Source: Chloroflexota bacterium (GTDB lineage Bacteria > Chloroflexota > UBA11872 > VXNJ01). Taken from it: a DNA stretch of 64,000 bases. Below the pieces are notes generated by a model, which had not been told where the DNA came from, made no database searches, and worked only from the letters and a program-made list of their open reading frames with translations. The DNA lies in the NCBI GenBank assembly GCA_965261345.1, contig OZ253449.1:960001-1024000 (forward strand). The letters are read 5' to 3'. Position 1 is the first letter of the stretch; each line of letters begins with the position of its first letter. Below, piece after piece: positions 62,087-64,000 of the stretch. The position numbers were made by a program, and so were the translations under genes.

Positions 62087-63997
62087 GTGGAGCCCGCTTT
62101 AACCAAGTCCGGGGACGTGGTTGTAGACACCAGCAATAGTCCGAACGCAAAACTGCGTCCGGTTCCGATTTCGCAAATAACCGTCGGCGACGGCTTCTGG
62201 CGACACTGGCGTGAGGTCGTACGCAACGTCTCGCTGGAACGACAGATTGAACACTGCCAGGCCACCGGTCGGATCGACAACTTGCGTCGCGCCTCGGGCC
62301 GCTCCCAGATCCCGAACTATCAAGGGATTTTCTTCAACGACTCCGACGTGTATAAGTTGCTTGAAGCGGCGTGCTTCGGCCTGATTGAAGGCGTGTCCGA
62401 ATCGGTTTCAGAATGGATCGATTCAGTCATCGACGAGATCGCCGCCGCCCAGTGCGACGACGGGTACATAAATTCGTACTTTTCGCTTGAACGCGCCGAT
62501 ATGCGGTATACCGACCTGTGCAACCTGCACGAACTCTATTGCATGGGGCACTTGATCCAAGCCGGAATTGCCCACCGCCGGGCCACCGGGTCAGACCGAC
62601 TCTTTAATGTCGCGGTTCGCGCAGCCGATCACATCTGCCAGGTCTTTGGCCCCGGACGGTTGGAGCTAACCGATGGTCACGAGGAGATTGAACTGGCGCT
62701 GGCCGAACTTGCCCGCGAAACCAGCGACCAAAAATACCTGGAGCAAGCGCTTTTCTTTTTGGAAATGCGCGGCCAAACCCCTTCACGCATGAATGGTGAA
62801 CCCCGATTCCGCGACCGTGCCTACTATCAGGATCACCTGCCGGTGCGCGATCAACATGAGGCCTGGGGCCATGCGGTACGGCTTACCTATCTGGCATCGG
62901 CGATGACTGACATCGCCCTGGAGCGCGAAGATGCAGGGATGCAGGAAGCGTCGATCAAGTTATGGGAGAACGCCTACGGGCGAAAAGCCTACTTGACCGG
63001 AGCTCTGGGGGCACGCTACGACGGCGAGGCGTTCGGGGCTGAATTTGAGTTGCCCAACGAGCGCGCTTACGCCGAGACCTGCGCGGCCATCGGCGGCGTA
63101 TTTTGGAGTTTTCGTCTGCTGTGCCTCACCGGAGGGGCGCGCTATGCCGATGCGATCGAGACCCAACTGTTTAACAGCATCGTTTCCGGTCTCGCGCACG
63201 ACGGAACCAGCTATTTCTACATGAATCCACTCAGTTCGCGAGGCGAATATAAACGCGATGAGTGGTTCGCCTGCTCCTGTTGTCCCCCGAACGTGGCCCG
63301 CTTGTTGCTGAGCCTGCCGGGATATTGCTATTCCACTTCCGATGACGGGCTATGGGTCCATCAATTCCTTGCCGGGAAGGTGACGGCTGGTGGATTTTCA
63401 CTGGAAGTCGAGACCGACTACCCGTGGTCGGGCAAGGTCGCAATCACCATCCAGGATGCCCCGGCAGCGTCGGCAAGCCTCCGGGTGCGAATACCAAATT
63501 GGGCCGCGGGCGCCAGCGCCCGCCTGGGCGGGAAGGAGTTGGCGGCCGAACCCGGAGAGTACCTCAAGTTAGATCGCAGCTTCAAGGTCGGCGAACGGAT
63601 CGAACTGGAATTGCCGATGCCAGTGCGAATGGTTCACGCCAATCCCCGAATAAACGACAACATCGGCCGGGTGGCGCTAGCCCGCGGCCCCCTGGTCTAC
63701 TGCTTGGAGATGAACAACTCGGAAGCGGCCCACGCCTATGACCTGGCGATCGCCAAGGATCCGCAGCCAGCCGCCGAATACTCCAAATCGCCGGTTGGCA
63801 GTTCGGTCATCGTCCGCGCCCGCGGAGCCCAGCTGGCCCCCTTAAGCGGGTTGGATTCATCGCTTTATGGCGATTCCCCGGCCGAGCGCGAGGCGATCGC
63901 GGCACGCGAGCTGGTCGCGATCCCGTACTTTGCCTGGGGCAACCGCGGCCCCAGCTCGATGCAGGTGTGGATCCCGCAACTTCAAAACGGTTTGTAG
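62087..63997 (+). CDS. GH127 beta-L-arabinofuranosidase-like glycoside hydrolase
   Basis: DSDVYK, HELYCMGH, GHAVR, YAETCA, CSCCPPN, IPYFAWGNR. Confidence 0.92.
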   Translation: MEPALTKSGDVVVDTSNSPNAKLRPVPISQITVGDGFWRHWREVVRNVSLERQIEHCQATGRIDNLRRASGRSQIPNYQGIFFNDSDVYKLLEAACFGLIEGVSESVSEWIDSVIDEIAAAQCDDGYINSYFSLERADMRYTDLCNLHELYCMGHLIQAGIAHRRATGSDRLFNVAVRAADHICQVFGPGRLELTDGHEEIELALAELARETSDQKYLEQALFFLEMRGQTPSRMNGEPRFRDRAYYQDHLPVRDQHEAWGHAVRLTYLASAMTDIALEREDAGMQEASIKLWENAYGRKAYLTGALGARYDGEAFGAEFELPNERAYAETCAAIGGVFWSFRLLCLTGGARYADAIETQLFNSIVSGLAHDGTSYFYMNPLSSRGEYKRDEWFACSCCPPNVARLLLSLPGYCYSTSDDGLWVHQFLAGKVTAGGFSLEVETDYPWSGKVAITIQDAPAASASLRVRIPNWAAGASARLGGKELAAEPGEYLKLDRSFKVGERIELELPMPVRMVHANPRINDNIGRVALARGPLVYCLEMNNSEAAHAYDLAIAKDPQPAAEYSKSPVGSSVIVRARGAQLAPLSGLDSSLYGDSPAEREAIAARELVAIPYFAWGNRGPSSMQVWIPQLQNGL

Positions 63998-64000
63998 ATC

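Overview
GC-rich bacterial chromosomal window, most consistent with Chloroflexota (inferred from 16S features and gene content). Bases 1-47 kb are mostly housekeeping and catabolic genes: otsA, dtd, hisZ-hisG-hisD-hisB, NAD kinase, recN, a sulfatase, a five-gene MoxR/VWA operon, CCA enzyme, ddl, pyrE, a caa3 oxidase operon, mnmE, nhaA, lipA, an E1a/E1b/E2 dehydrogenase operon and a DUF362 protein. The most unusual element is an RNA operon: promoter, 16S rRNA, a very compact (278 nt) RNase P RNA lacking P13/P14/P19, then an initiator tRNA-Met only 18 nt downstream, with no 23S/5S. The 16S mismatches the 341F/EUB338, 515F and 806R sites. Downstream is an accessory-looking region with an orphan class Ic (Mn/Fe, Tyr-less) ribonucleotide reductase R2, an LLM monooxygenase, a GntR-regulated catabolic operon interrupted by an IS3 fragment inside a 245-bp duplication, and a GH127. 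All calls come from motif recognition by eye; no searches were run.
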